Below are positions 21,790 to 39,977 of a stretch of 64,000 nucleotides of DNA, in pieces. Every line of letters begins with the position of its first letter. Position 1 is the first letter of the stretch. Location of the stretch: positions 1 to 64,000 of the forward strand of contig CDMY01000324.1 in assembly GCA_001179505.1 (NCBI GenBank), in the 5' to 3' direction. Source of the DNA: Vitrella brassicaformis CCMP3155. Taxonomy: Eukaryota > Protista > Chromerida. The notes beneath the pieces were generated by a model. That model was not told where the DNA came from. It saw only the letters and a list, made by a program, of their open reading frames with translations, and did no database searches. Position numbers and translations under genes: made by a program.

Positions 21790-24399
21790 ATGGCATCTAC
21801 TGGGAGCAGCCAGTCTCCACGATGCGAGTACGCAGTGGACGTGCCAGGCCACCTGTCAGTCAGGGAGGTATACGCAGAAAGGACATCCCTGCATTCTGAT
21901 GAGTCAGTGATGCTATTTCCCTTCGTTACGTACAGGCTGGTGAAGAGGAAGAAAGGCCGAGAAGGGATAAGGTTGGCCAAGGAGTCAGTGCGTTGCGACA
22001 TTCGGTCTGACGACGGTATGTTGTTTCTTCAGTACATGTGTCTGGTAGATGTCAAGGACCACATTCGGCGTATCTATGAGGAGCCCAAGAAACGGCTCCG
22101 CAAGAGGGAGGTTTATGTGCCCGAGGCCGACCTCGGCCTGGCTGCTGAAGAGGCCGAGGAGCAACTTCCTGTGGAGAAGGTCAGTCATCGACAGGCCAAC
22201 CGCCATGTTTTTTTAGAGAGAGAGGAGCCCATTTGGATCTTGTTCTTTGCAGCTTGACCTCAAGAAGCCTCCGACCCCGCCCGCTTCGGAACGTGAGAGA
22301 GGGTGGATGGGGGACAGGGATGGCGACTGCAGTCAGGTTCTCTCGTCTTTCCAGGCGAGTTGGAGTTCGATGACTTCATGTTCGATGAGGATATCGCTCT
22401 CTATCGACATGAAGTCGTCATGGTACCAGCCGCCGCTGCCTCATGGTCCCTAATGTATGCCCGGCTGTCACTGCAGGAAGCTGTGAGGCCGCCACCGAAG
22501 ATCGATGACCCCATGACGCATCCAATCACTGTTGAAGGTACAGCGCGGGAGGCACGAACGATTGAGCCAAATGAGTGGCGGTATCTCGGCCTTTTCTCTG
22601 GTTCTCAGGTGACATAACGGTTGGCACTGAGGTGACCTTCGTCGACCTGTCTGAGTGGAAGAAAGAGTTCCCCGTCCATCACGTCGAGTGGTACGATAGA
22701 CAGCCAACCATCACGCTGCCCGTCATTTAGAGCAGGCGTCTCTCACCCAGGAGCATCTCCAATGACAGCCGACAGCCGCCCATCTTCCCCCCCATCCCCA
22801 TGTCCTACAAGCCCCACTTTATCCTGCCAACGCACAGCTTCTCGCGATACGTGCAAGTCAAGGCAACCAGAAGGGTTGAGGACCAGGTGAGAACTCCGGC
22901 CGCTCTGTGTGTCTCCCCAATTACAAGCATCTCTTCCTCGTTGTGTCTGTTTGCCATTCCAGATGGCATCGACGTTTGCGCGTCACAGAGAGGGTGGAAC
23001 ATTCGATACGCATGTGCGTCACTCCACACCCCACACCACCGAAACGAAAGGGAGACGCTTTGTGGTGAGACGAAAAGAATGACACGCAGTGCAGTTGGTC
23101 GGCTTCCCACACTGCCATGTCTCCCACCCTAGGACGTCATGTCGACTTCCGTCGCCGGGTGGGTAAGCATGCCTGCTGCCGATAACAGAGTGCGGCATCG
23201 TGATTGTGCTGATTGGGCAGCCCCATAGGTCTCGCCGATTCGTGGGCGTACGTGGCGCTCAAGGCACTCGCCAAGGGAGGCTTCAGGTCAGGAATGAATC
23301 GCTGAGGATTCATGCCCTCATCGCTATGGATGGTGTGCCTCCGACGTGCGTGCAGCTGTGCTGTGCGATTCAGGGGAGAGGTGGAAAGGATACCAGTAAG
23401 GGACAAAAAAATAGCAGGAACAGCAGGTACCACTCTTTCTGTGGCTCTCAAGGAAAATGTTGACGATGCGGCAACCGATCAGCAGAGCGGCAGCAAGAGC
23501 AAGACCTCCAAGAGTGGCGGCAAAAGGGCAGGGAGAAGACGGAGCTCCCAAGGGCCGAAGCAGCACGAGTCCGAGGCCGATGAAAAGACGGATGAAAGCG
23601 AGGCCTCGTCTGCAGATGCCAAGGTACGCTGGCCAGCACCCAGACCTAACAAAAGCGACGACGGCCGTGGGTTGTCCGTCCAGTTGAAATACCCCGGGAC
23701 AGTAATTACAGACCTGGCAAAAGGTGTGTCGCTGCCTGAAGAGGACACGAATACATCAGGCATCGATTCTCTCCATCTCAGGTGAGCTGACCCTCTTGTG
23801 GGCATCTGTCGTTAGCGAAAAGGAGAAGGCCGACAAAGGCCGAGACACGACAGGCACGGCATGGAGCGGCTTCGACTTTTCGGCCCTTGGGTTCAGCCTC
23901 TTCGGCTCCGGTGGGGACGACAAGGCCAAAAGAGTCAGGAAAAACGCCAAGGCCGACAAGAAGAAAGGCGCGACCAAGAAGGGAAAGAAGGCTGCTGACG
24001 AGCCGCCGGCTGCTGAGGGTGAACAAGGCAAGGAGGTCATCAGCCATCGGGTCTATGCCGTCAATTTGTTCCGCTTCCGGCCCGCGAAGGACTCTCGGAG
24101 GCTCTACATCACACTGGACGACCCATTGATCAAAGAGACCTAGTAAGATGAGACAAAAATGCCATATCAACTCTTTACTCAGCGCTCATTCAGTTGTGTG
24201 TTTGTGTTTGTGCAGTGACGTCCGTGTCGAGATTGACCCTGCAGTGGGACGCGACATCGCCCTCTATGTGCTGATGGCCTTCAGGTCTGCCCACGTCAAG
24301 GGCCTGAAGGCGGCACACTGGCAGCAGCACTTCAAGGAGGGGCAGCTGGAGGCCGTCACCGACCTTATGCTGCCGGAGGAAGAGGACTCGTATGCGTGA
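21790..24399 (+). CDS. Multi-exon hypothetical protein
   Basis: GC3-rich exons with canonical introns, ending DVRVEIDPAVGRDIALYVLMAF...EEEDSYA; the middle exons (22.6-23.3 kb) are unresolved. Confidence 0.5.
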
Positions 24400-24812
24400 A
24401 CAGAACAGATGAGAGCTGACTTGGTATTGGCTGATGTGATAGGTGCTGCAGACAGTTAGTTTTGAGTGGCTTCTGGTCAGCCGTGTGACGTGTGTCGTAA
24501 GACGTGCATGGACAAGACAATCGGTGGTAGATGTGGGCGTGTGGGATGTGATTACATGTGGTATGAGCATCGAGCCATAAGGCCCTTCACACGAAAAACA
24601 CAACAGCGAAGGTCCAGTGTGTCCAATCAATCAATCAACAGCCATTCTACTCACACCGGTGCGTCTCAGAGTGCCTCCCGGTGTGTTCGTGCCGGAGTGG
24701 CGAAGGCGCCTCAGCAGCAAACCGTCCCGTTGCTGCAAGGGACCCTGTCTACTTCGATCCGAACAAAACACCGGAAGACAGGTGTCAGACGCAACCACAC
24801 ACACACCGTCAG

Positions 24813-25367
24813 TCACGCATTGGCCTGCGCGAGGCATCTTGCCGCCTGCATCTTGGCTGCAGCCAAGTCGGGGAAGTCGCTGACGAGGAAACGGAGGGCG
24901 GCGATGACATCGCCGTGGTGCTGCCTGAGCACCCGCTCCGACACCTCCTTGTCGACCTCCATCTCGCGACAGATGAGCTCAACGTCCTCCCGCCGCAGCT
25001 TCACCTTGGCCAGCTCACGCTCCCTACATGGTGACACACACGCATCAAGCAGCACAGAGGGATGTATTCCGTGGTGGTCTGCCGTGCCGGTTCCTCTCTC
25101 TCTCTCGTTGGTAGACTGACTGACTCACCTGGCCTTCTTTTTGAGTTCCTCGTCGGTTTCGAGTTTCTGGAGGTTTGTGAGGAACTGCTGCGCCTCCTGG
25201 CTGTCGATGGGTCTCGCCCCGGTCTCGTCCTCCTCCCTCTCGACGGACGTCAGGGCGTCCAGCTGCTTGGCCTCCTTGGCGCGCTCGCCGTGCAGCTCCT
25301 CGGCGGGCTGGCCATCCTCCTCCTCCTCGCCCTCCTCACGCTGCAGATCTATCTCCTCTGCGTCCAT
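24813..25367 (-). CDS. HYPK: Huntingtin-interacting protein K (NAC-type UBA domain), 2 exons
   Basis: KQLDALT...ERELAKVKLRREDVELICREMEVDKEVSERVLRQHHGDVIAALRFLV. Confidence 0.88.
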
Positions 25368-25483
25368 TATTGCGCAACAAAAGCTCGCACGAGTGGATTT
25401 ACAGAGGGCGACGCGGTGCTGTGTATATGATGCATTCTTAGCCCTCGGGGTGCGTTGGCGTTGTTGGTGTGGGTTGGGGATAG

Positions 25484-31094
<5,611 letters not shown>

Positions 31095-31445
31095 TGACAC
31101 ACACACACACACACACATGGACACACCCGAGGGAGGCGGGGGCAGGTCTAGACAAAGGGAGGGAGGGAGGGAGGGAGGGAGGGAAGAAGGGAGGGAGTTG
31201 CAGAGGGCTGAGTTGCTGGTCTGTCTGGTGGCTGGTTGATGGGTGTCCGTCGCAATGTGCGTTGTGCGTGTCTGCAGTGGCTGGTTGCCGGTGTGTGTGT
31301 GGGTGAAATGAGTGGCTGCCGAATTCGTTCAGACCACATGTGGTTGATTGACCGTCTGTCTGTTGACGATTGCCCGAGATCTGTGTGTGTGTGACGACTC
31401 ACAGCCCCAGTGCAGAGTTTTACGCACCCTAGCTTACCCCCTCAA

Positions 31446-32932
31446 ATGCTTCAGCTTGGCCCCTACATCAGAGCTCTCCAGCCGTGCGGCATGTCGCTGT
31501 TCAAGACCCGCAGCTTCGCTGACGGGCATCAGGTGGTGGTGTGGGGCAACAGCCGGGGAGGCACGGCCTTCGACGACCGGGCGGAGCTCGTGCGGCGGTT
31601 TCCAGCGCGAGAGGCCGATGAGTACCGGATGTGCGCTATCGAATGCATCCTCGAGGGACGGGCGCTTGCACAGGTGCGGAAAATGGCATCATATGCCATT
31701 GCCTGCGCAGAGAGAGAGATGGGTGTCGAGAGATGTGTTGGTCTTTCAGGTGTCCGCGACGTACATCTCGATGGTGGACGGTCAGGACGTCACAATCACA
31801 CACGTAACTGCCCGCCACCGAGTGGGCTGGTCTGGTCTGGCTCTTCCTCATCCCTCTGTCTGTCTGCCTGACTGCCTGTGGCGTGGCGTCACGCAGGGCA
31901 TCCACACTGCGGCATCTCAGCTCAGGTGCGAGCCGCCCCTCACCTTCGCCTTCGGCCTCAACGAATGGATCACCGAGGCCGTCTGCGAACCACACGGCTA
32001 CGCCAACTGCGTCAACCGAGTCGCCATCGGCACCAACAAGAGCCGTGTCGGCAACCAAGGCCAGCAGCGGCGCATGACGTTCCGCTGCCGACATGGCAAC
32101 GACAACCACCGGCTGTATGGCGAGTGGCAGCCGCATCCGCATGGCCCGATGTTTGAGTGTGAGGTCACTGCCGGTGGGCTGGACGGAGTGGTGCCGTGGT
32201 TCCTCGTCGGGCGGGCTGGGCAGCTCATAGAGTGAGTCACTGAGTGATGGACTATCGGTTGGGTATGGTATGACATTCATTGGTTGGTTGTGTGTTGGCT
32301 TGTGTGATGTGCAAGCAGTCAGTTGGGGTTCTACTGCGACAAAAAGCCGATAGGTGCCGCGGGGGGGGGAGGGGATGGGAGGCGAGGCATGGCGAGAACA
32401 GCATGACGCCCGTCTGCACATCTCTCTCACTCTCTCTCTCTGTGTGTGTTTGTGGTCGTTCAGAGCGCTTGACCAAGATGTTCACGCCAGCGGACTTCGC
32501 GCGGCTCCCCCAGCGTGTGCAGCGACAGGTGCGCCTCCTCTGACTGACAGACAGATGCCTACCTAATGCATCTGTCATCGCATGTCAAGTATCTCCGACT
32601 CCTCACCTGTGAATGTCTGTGTATGCTGTGTGCAGGTCGTGTCGTTGTACTCCATCTGCCTCCCGGCCAACGGCTCCAAGCACGACTTCCCCTCCTTCGC
32701 GCTGCCGATCGTGACGGGGTACGCCTTCCCACACCTCACGGCGCCCCACGAGCCGCCCGAGCCGGTCATCCCACCCGCACGCAACCCCAACACACCGCCC
32801 CCACCGGCAGCGGCAGCGGGTCTCGGCAACTATCCCCCCTTTTTTTATGACGAGGGGGAAGACGATGACGACGAGGAGGAGGAGGAGGAGGAGGAGGAGG
32901 ACGACTGGGAGGACGACATGGACATCGAATAG
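31446..32932 (+). CDS. Hypothetical protein with an acidic C-terminal tail (possible lineage-expanded family)
   Basis: About five exons splice in frame (SLFKTRSFADGHQVVVWG...VVSLYSICLPANG...EEEEEDDWEDDMDIE). Confidence 0.65.
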
Positions 32933-33373
32933 TGGATGGTGGAGGGAAGGTGGGGGTGTGAAGGTCGGTCGTTGTAGGTCCCTTGATTGGATTCGTTGGG
33001 GGGGTCGGTGGGCGGCGATGAAGGGGTGAATTAGGTGGTTGGCTGGCTGGCTGGTTGGTTGGTTGCTTCTTGCTGGTCGTTTGTGTGTGGATCGGTTGCG
33101 AGCAGGCGTCTGAGGTGGAGGTGGGATGGATGGATGGATTGGGTGGCTGTGGGCTGTGCATAAGGGGGTATGACGCGTGGATGGATGGATGGATAGATAG
33201 GCGTGCCTGACACTCGCATGCAGACGTGCGCGTGCATGCCATGCAATCAACAACAGTGCAATGCATTTCACTGAGTCAGCAAAACCGACAGGATGTATCG
33301 ACCCGCACAGATGCACAGACAGATGGCGACACACGCACCACGTGACACACAAATGCATCAATCACCCCCCCCC

Positions 33374-33673
33374 NNNNNNNNNNNNNNNNNNNNNNNNNNN
33401 NNNNNNNNNNNNNNNNNNNNNNNNNNNNNNNNNNNNNNNNNNNNNNNNNNNNNNNNNNNNNNNNNNNNNNNNNNNNNNNNNNNNNNNNNNNNNNNNNNNN
33501 NNNNNNNNNNNNNNNNNNNNNNNNNNNNNNNNNNNNNNNNNNNNNNNNNNNNNNNNNNNNNNNNNNNNNNNNNNNNNNNNNNNNNNNNNNNNNNNNNNNN
33601 NNNNNNNNNNNNNNNNNNNNNNNNNNNNNNNNNNNNNNNNNNNNNNNNNNNNNNNNNNNNNNNNNNNNNNNNN
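33374..33673. other. Assembly gap, 300 N, C-run flanked
   Basis: N run. Confidence 1.
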
Positions 33674-33715
33674 CCAACCCCCCCCCCACACACACGTACA
33701 GAGAGAGCATCCACG

Positions 33716-35270
33716 TCACGTAGCCGGCAGCCCCTCCAGCCACAAATCGTCATGCTCCTCATCCGCACGTGTCCTCCTCCTTCCCCGCACCCTCCCTCTG
33801 TCCTCCCTCCTAGTCGGCCTCACCTGGGGATTCGCCCACAGATAGTCAGGCACCCACTGGATCGACCTCGCCCGCGGCGCAAACGCCCTCCTCTGTCGGT
33901 TGAACGGCGCGATGTTCCTGGCGACGAAATCATGTCGCTCCGACAGTCGATTAGCCAGATAGGCCCGCCACTCCATCTCCCTCTCCCCCTCCCTCTCCCT
34001 GCTGCTTATCGGACTCACCCCCGCCCCTGCCCCACCCACGCCAATCGATGCAGCCGACGAGATGCCGCCCTCCTCCTCTGTCCTGGGCTGCTGCACAGAC
34101 GGGGCATAGCCGCGGTGCGAGGACGGCAGAGCCGATGGTCGCTGAAGGGCCAGAGCGGCTTGTGTCATGTGTATTTGGCGTCGGCGGACGATGGGCGAGA
34201 GGGAGGGGTCGGGGGGCTGCGGTTTCTCTTTCTCGTGTGTCGTGTGCGCGTGCGCGGAGCAGGCAGTAGGCAGGGGCTGGATATTGGCATGCTTCTCTTC
34301 GCTTGTCAATGGCCTCGATGCTTGGCGCGAAGGCTGCCGAATGGGCTTCTCATTCTCGGCTTTGGCTGCTTCTGGCCTCGCCGCTCTCTCGTGTCTCTCC
34401 CGCGTCTGCACCATCAGCCGCGAGCCCTCATGACCTTCACTCCTCCCTCCTCCCCTCCCCTCTGTCGCCACATTCTCGTCTCCCCCTCTGCCGTCACCCA
34501 TCATGTGCATGAGCTGCAGCCGCTTAAGCTGCATGTGCTCCCTCAGCCGCTCGCGAGGGCTCCTGGGTCTCGGCCCAGGCACACCCCTGCCCGGCACAGG
34601 CCCCCAGTCGTGGGCCGCTTTCCACGGTCGGGGGGGAGTGGGGGGGGCCACTTGTTGCCTCTGTGCGTGTGTCAGAGGGGCGGCCGATGTGACCGAACTC
34701 TCTTGGTCGACAGTGTCCGTGGAGCGACGGGCACGGCGTCTTCGGCGACGCTCGGCAGCCAGACGAGCGCTGAGAGAGATCCAAGGGGGAGGAAGGATGA
34801 TTCGATTCCATGTTGGCGCGTCTGCGTGTCTGCGCTCACCAGACGACGCTGGCAGAGTCCATGTAGTAGACAGACGGCAAGGACGAAGCCACACACGAGT
34901 CCTCCTCCCCATCGGCGTCTCCCATTTTGTCTTCGTCGTCATTCTCAGCCTCTAGCACATCATCGAGCAGCCTCCCAGTGGGCGACTGCAGTCCATACCG
35001 GCTTTCACCATCACCCACTTGGACACGCGGCGGCTCCATCCCCCTCCTCTCGTCAGGTACCTCCATTTGCAGTGTCCGGCTGGAGACATCGTCGCATCGC
35101 TCGCCTCGTGTCTGCGTCGGACTCCTCCGGCTGGCCAGCCTCTCGCGGAAGAACTGCACGCCAGGCGGCTGTTGCCGAGCATAGGACAGGAGGCACTTGT
35201 GCTTGAGGGGGAAGTACGAGGCACCGTAGGGAGGGGAGAACGGGCCGCCGGAGAAGGACGGCGTGTCCAT
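33716..35270 (-). CDS. Low-complexity hypothetical protein (junction near 34.85 kb unresolved)
   Basis: ORFs 34836-35270 and 33716-34942. Confidence 0.45.
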
Positions 35271-36296
35271 TTTCCGCTGGTAGTCGCTCCTTTGGCGGCA
35301 TGCGCATGCGCGAGCTTGTGCGGGGCGTGGGGGCTGAGCAGTCTCTAGGAAGTGGCGGGAGAGCAGATGGGACGGGTGTGTGCATCCGCCGTGTGCTGAG
35401 GAACACGAATGCGGCGCTGTGTTGGCCGTTTTTCATGATGGATCGAACTCATGACCTCTGGGTGCCGATGAAAAGATCCAACAAGCAGACGGGGTGGAGG
35501 CAGATCTGTCGCAGATCTCGGCCGTGCGCTGTGATTGGAGAGCTGAGAGCGTCGCATGTATCATGTCCCGCACAGAGATCTATCCACAACCACTCCAGCC
35601 ATCTGGCAGCGAAAAGATAAGAATGGACGCGGTTTCGCACTAAATCCGCTAAAAATCTGTGGGCTTCGGCCTGTTGGGTTGCTGGATGTGTGTGCTGCCG
35701 CAGCCATCGGAGCAGTCGATACTGCCCTATCCAACGCTTCGGCACGCAAAGTCGGCTGGCCGTAGGGCCGGACGTCTTGGGGTAATAATGAGCCGGGGAA
35801 AGCGCGAGAGTGGTGACACAGCAGCGAGGACTGGTCGCCGTGGTGAGTGGAAGGATGACTGAGTCGAGCTCTCGGCAGTGACTGATACATACACACTCGA
35901 AACCAGTTTTTTGCACGGGTGGTGATGGGATGCTTTTGTGTGGCGTGCGCGGCTGTATTAATTGCGAATGGCACGTGAGGGAGGAACAACGGACACTTCC
36001 AAAGCCATGCAGGGATGAGCTTATCAAAGGTCGATCTGGGTGTCTTTTTTGTCTGTCTGTCGCACGAGCAACTATCTCCCTCTCAGCCATCCATCCAACC
36101 AGGCACCATGCAGCCAACGTACAAACACTCGTGTCACTGACACAAGTCAGCCCGACCGACATTGTACAAATGCTATACACAGACAGACAGACAGACAGAA
36201 TCTACCACACATGTACTGTACTCAACCACACTGTCAGTCGATTCATCCTTTGACACACACGCACCCACCCACTCACTCCCTCGGCCCTTCAGCCCC

Positions 36297-39200
36297 TCAC
36301 GCACACACTGGCGGCCCCGATATGGCCATCCCCTCCCTCCTCGCAACCCTCTCCCTCTCCCCCACGTCGCTCTTGAGCACACAGATCCGCAGCTCCGGCC
36401 GGTACGTAAAGGCCACACAGTCCGCCGTCCGTGCGCACCTCGACTGACACGCAATCGCCGACGGGGCGTTCCTCAGCGCCTTGATTGTCTTCCCCCCAAT
36501 ATATCTCGTCTGTGTCTCGAGGCACGAGCTGTGTTTCGGCCCCGAGATGACCATGTGTGTGCCGAGCTCGGTGTCGCCTCCCTCTGCCTCTGGCAGTGGC
36601 TGTCTGTCTCTGTCGCTGTCCAATAAAAGGCAGTTGACGCCGCCTTTGTCAGTTTTGGAGGCGATGTACGAGAAGTGCCGGCAGGCAGGGGAGCGTTGGC
36701 AGCGCCGCTGGCAGGCCTCTGTTGAGGGGATGTCCTCGAGACGACTGCTGGCGACCTCTACCTCTTTATCACTCTTGCTGCTGGTGCTGCTGTCGGTGGT
36801 GCTGATGGTGGGGCTGTCGTAGTAGGCCAGCTCAAAGCCGCCACTCGATGGACAAAACTTAGGGCCGCTGATACAGAGGAGAGACACACATGGCATGGTG
36901 GCCACGGGTGTGTGCACGGCTGTCTGTGTAGGTGTTTGTCTGTGGACGGACGGACAGACGGTGTACCTGACGGCCACATCGCTGCCTTTGGATGGTCTTC
37001 GTTTGGCGTCGCTGCTCTTGAGGAAGCAGTTGTCCTCTGTGTCGGCCTCGTGTGTGGGCATGTAGGTGAAGAACCGACACATGTCCTCCTTCATGCACTT
37101 GGTCTGGCACTGAGACGCGCTCCTCACCTGCACACACCGACACACACATGGATGGAGGAAGGCGCGTCAAGTGAGTGGGTGAGGTGACTCACTCTAGTGG
37201 AAGCGATTGTCTTGGTGGCAAGGGCTGTCTCCTCGAAGCAGCCCCTGCCCCCGCAGCTCCTCGGCCCGCTGATGGCCGACTCCACCCCCCCTCCCCCTAT
37301 GAGCTGGCGAGTGACGATGTTGCCCTCCTTGAGGTTGCAGTTCTCATTCTTCCGTGTGGGGTAGAAGGTGAAGTGCCTGCACTTCTTGTCCGTGAAGCAC
37401 GCCATCTGGCAGTGCTCGGCGGAGAAGGCGTGCACTGCACTGATGTCGGGAGAGCCCATGTACGCCGCACTCTCAAAGCAACCTGCATTCCATTCCATTC
37501 CCACACCACACCACTCCCGCGGCATACACACACATGCATATGCCCGCCGGCCCCCTCCACTCCACTCCCTCCCTCCCTCACTCACCGCCCATGTCGCTGT
37601 TCATGAGCACCAGCGGCTGCCCGTCATGAATTCTGGCCGTGAGGCCTTTCTTGGTCACTCGGTAGCACCCCCGCCCTCCCCCGCCCTCGTGCAGATACGC
37701 CAACGCGTCGCAGAGGAGCGTCCCCCGCTTGTGGGGCATCTTGCTGGGCGGTATGTGGACCTCTCGGCTGCCCTGGTTTTGGCCGCGGTGGTCGTTCCCG
37801 CCGCCTGTGTTGGACGTGATGATGATGGGCTGCTCCTCTGCCCCTTTGCGCGTGAAGACGTACGTGTTATCACGCACCTGCCCAGCCAGACAGACAGACA
37901 GACAGGTAGCGACGGTGGTGGTGTGTGGGTTTCCTGTGCTTACGATGAGCTCCTCTTGTCTGCCGTCGAATATGCCTTGGCTTCTGAGGAATGTCATCCG
38001 CTTGATGAGTCGGAATATTGGGTGTGTGGTGTTGTAGCCCGATAGCCACAGGGGGGAGCGGTTCGAATTGTCGTCCCACTTGCCGTCCTCCCTGGCACCA
38101 ACTGACATGGGGGCATGACCCACACACACCACACCACAGACAGACAGACAGACACACACAGATGGACGGCCGTCTGGCTGATGTGTAGTGTACCGTATCC
38201 CTGTTCGGTGCCGTAATACTGACACACACAGACCACACAGCGAGCAGAGGCAAAGGGATTTCATGTGTGTGTGTGTGTGTGTTGGTGTGTGAGAGGCTCA
38301 CAATGAAGGGTATGCCTTCGGCAGCGAGGATGAAGGTCAGTGCATTGCGGTAGAGCACCTCATCGGGCTGGGCGTACAGGAACCGAGCGAAGTCGTGGTT
38401 TTCCACGAACAGAGCCAATGCCGCCACGTCACTGCCGCCACACAGATTGATTTGTGTCCATCCCCCCCCCCCCATCGCCATGCGGGTGAGCGTGTGGACT
38501 GGACCGACCTGATTTTGTTCTTGACGTCTGTGAGTGTTCTGCTGAGGTGGTGCATGGGCCTCTTCTTGACAAACACCTCTCGCAGGGCGAAATACATCGG
38601 GTAATTCAGCATCTGCAACACAGACAACACTCTAACACACTGGTGTTCCCTCATTGATCCATCTGCACTGGACTCACGCCGTCGAACATCTTGCCGTCTT
38701 GCCACTTGCCGACGTCCTGCGCCGCCTGGCTGAGCTCCTCCCCCACAGTGAAGACGCGCCGCTGCAGCCGCTCGTGGAAGTCCTGCCAGAACCACCTGGG
38801 CACGTGCTTGACGGCGTCGATTCGGAAGCCGTCGAACTCCCACCGCACAGCCAGGTCATCGACGAAGTGCAGCAGCTGCTCCCTCACCCATGCGTCCTCC
38901 TGCAGACAGACAGGCAGACAGACAGACAGACAGATGTGCCGAGAAACAGACAGACCTCTGTGTGTGTGTGTGTGTGTATGTGTACGTGCTTGAGGTCTGG
39001 GAGTCCCCAGAGCCAGCAGGTCTCGAAGGTGCTTGGGTTCTGGAAGTCCATTTTGCAGTCGGCGTGGAAGTACTCGGTCCTGTTGAACGGCGTTATCAGG
39101 TGGAGGTTCTCCTTGCCCACAGGCGCCACGTGGTTCATCACTGCACCACACACGCAAGCAGAGAGAGGAGGAGGGCGTCATGTGATGGGAGGGCGCGGCG

Positions 39201-39845
39201 CGTTCGGGCCGGCCTACCGACGTCTGCCATGATCCAGATGTCCATGCCGTGGCTGGTAGTTATGAGGCTCTTGAGGTCATCCTCACTGCCGAAGTGGGAA
39301 TTGACGGCAGACCAGTTCCGCGGGTGATAGCCTGCCCCGCACACCCAGCCAGCAGCACACGCACGCGGCCGATATGACGCACTCAGTCTTGTGACATCAC
39401 TCACTCACCATGGTAGCCGCACTGCAGCTGGTCTTGTATTGGGCTGATCCATATCGCACTGATCCCTGCGGACAGACAGAGGGACACACAACACAACACA
39501 CCAGGCAGGCCAGCAAGTCACATAGCATTATCCGCGACACAGAAGCAAGCCATCACAAGCAGCCAGCCCACCGAGTTCTTTGAGGTACGGCAGGTGTTCC
39601 TCCATTGCCTTCCACGAGCCGCCGCAGTAGCCCCCCGAGGGGCACTCCTTCAGGCTTTTCTCACACGTGTCCTCCTTGGGGCTGGTGACGGCGAACCGGT
39701 CCGTCAGGACGTGATAGACCACTCTGCGAGAGGACACCCATTCGTCCCTTGCTTTGCCCTGCAGTGGGCGGGGCAGCCACGCCGCCACAGCCAGGAGAAG
39801 AAGGGCACGCGACAAGGCGGGGATGGTCTCTTCGGATGACGTCAT
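36297..39845 (-). CDS. Secreted GH13 alpha-amylase (Taka-amylase-like) with four C-terminal PAN/Apple domains
   Basis: Signal-like N-terminus; VYHVLTDRF, GGSWKAMEEHLPYLKELG, AIWISP, DVVMNH, DGFRIDAVKH, TVGE, FVENHD, GIPFIYYGTEQ; four C-x3-C-x5-C-x2-F-T/S-Y...C-x-L...SGP repeats. Confidence 0.9.
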
Positions 39846-39977
39846 TAGTCAGACCGAGAAATAGAAGGACGGTACATACTATTTCTGTAGCGACGATCCG
39901 TCTCGACTTTCTCTCTCCCCTGGGTTTGGTGTGCCAGTGGTTCTCCCGGACATCGATGGTTTGATGAACACCCCACC

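Noticed and set aside
35449-36290. ORFs in the 35.4-36.3 kb intergenic region
   Set aside because: No motifs, codon bias or consistent splice chain
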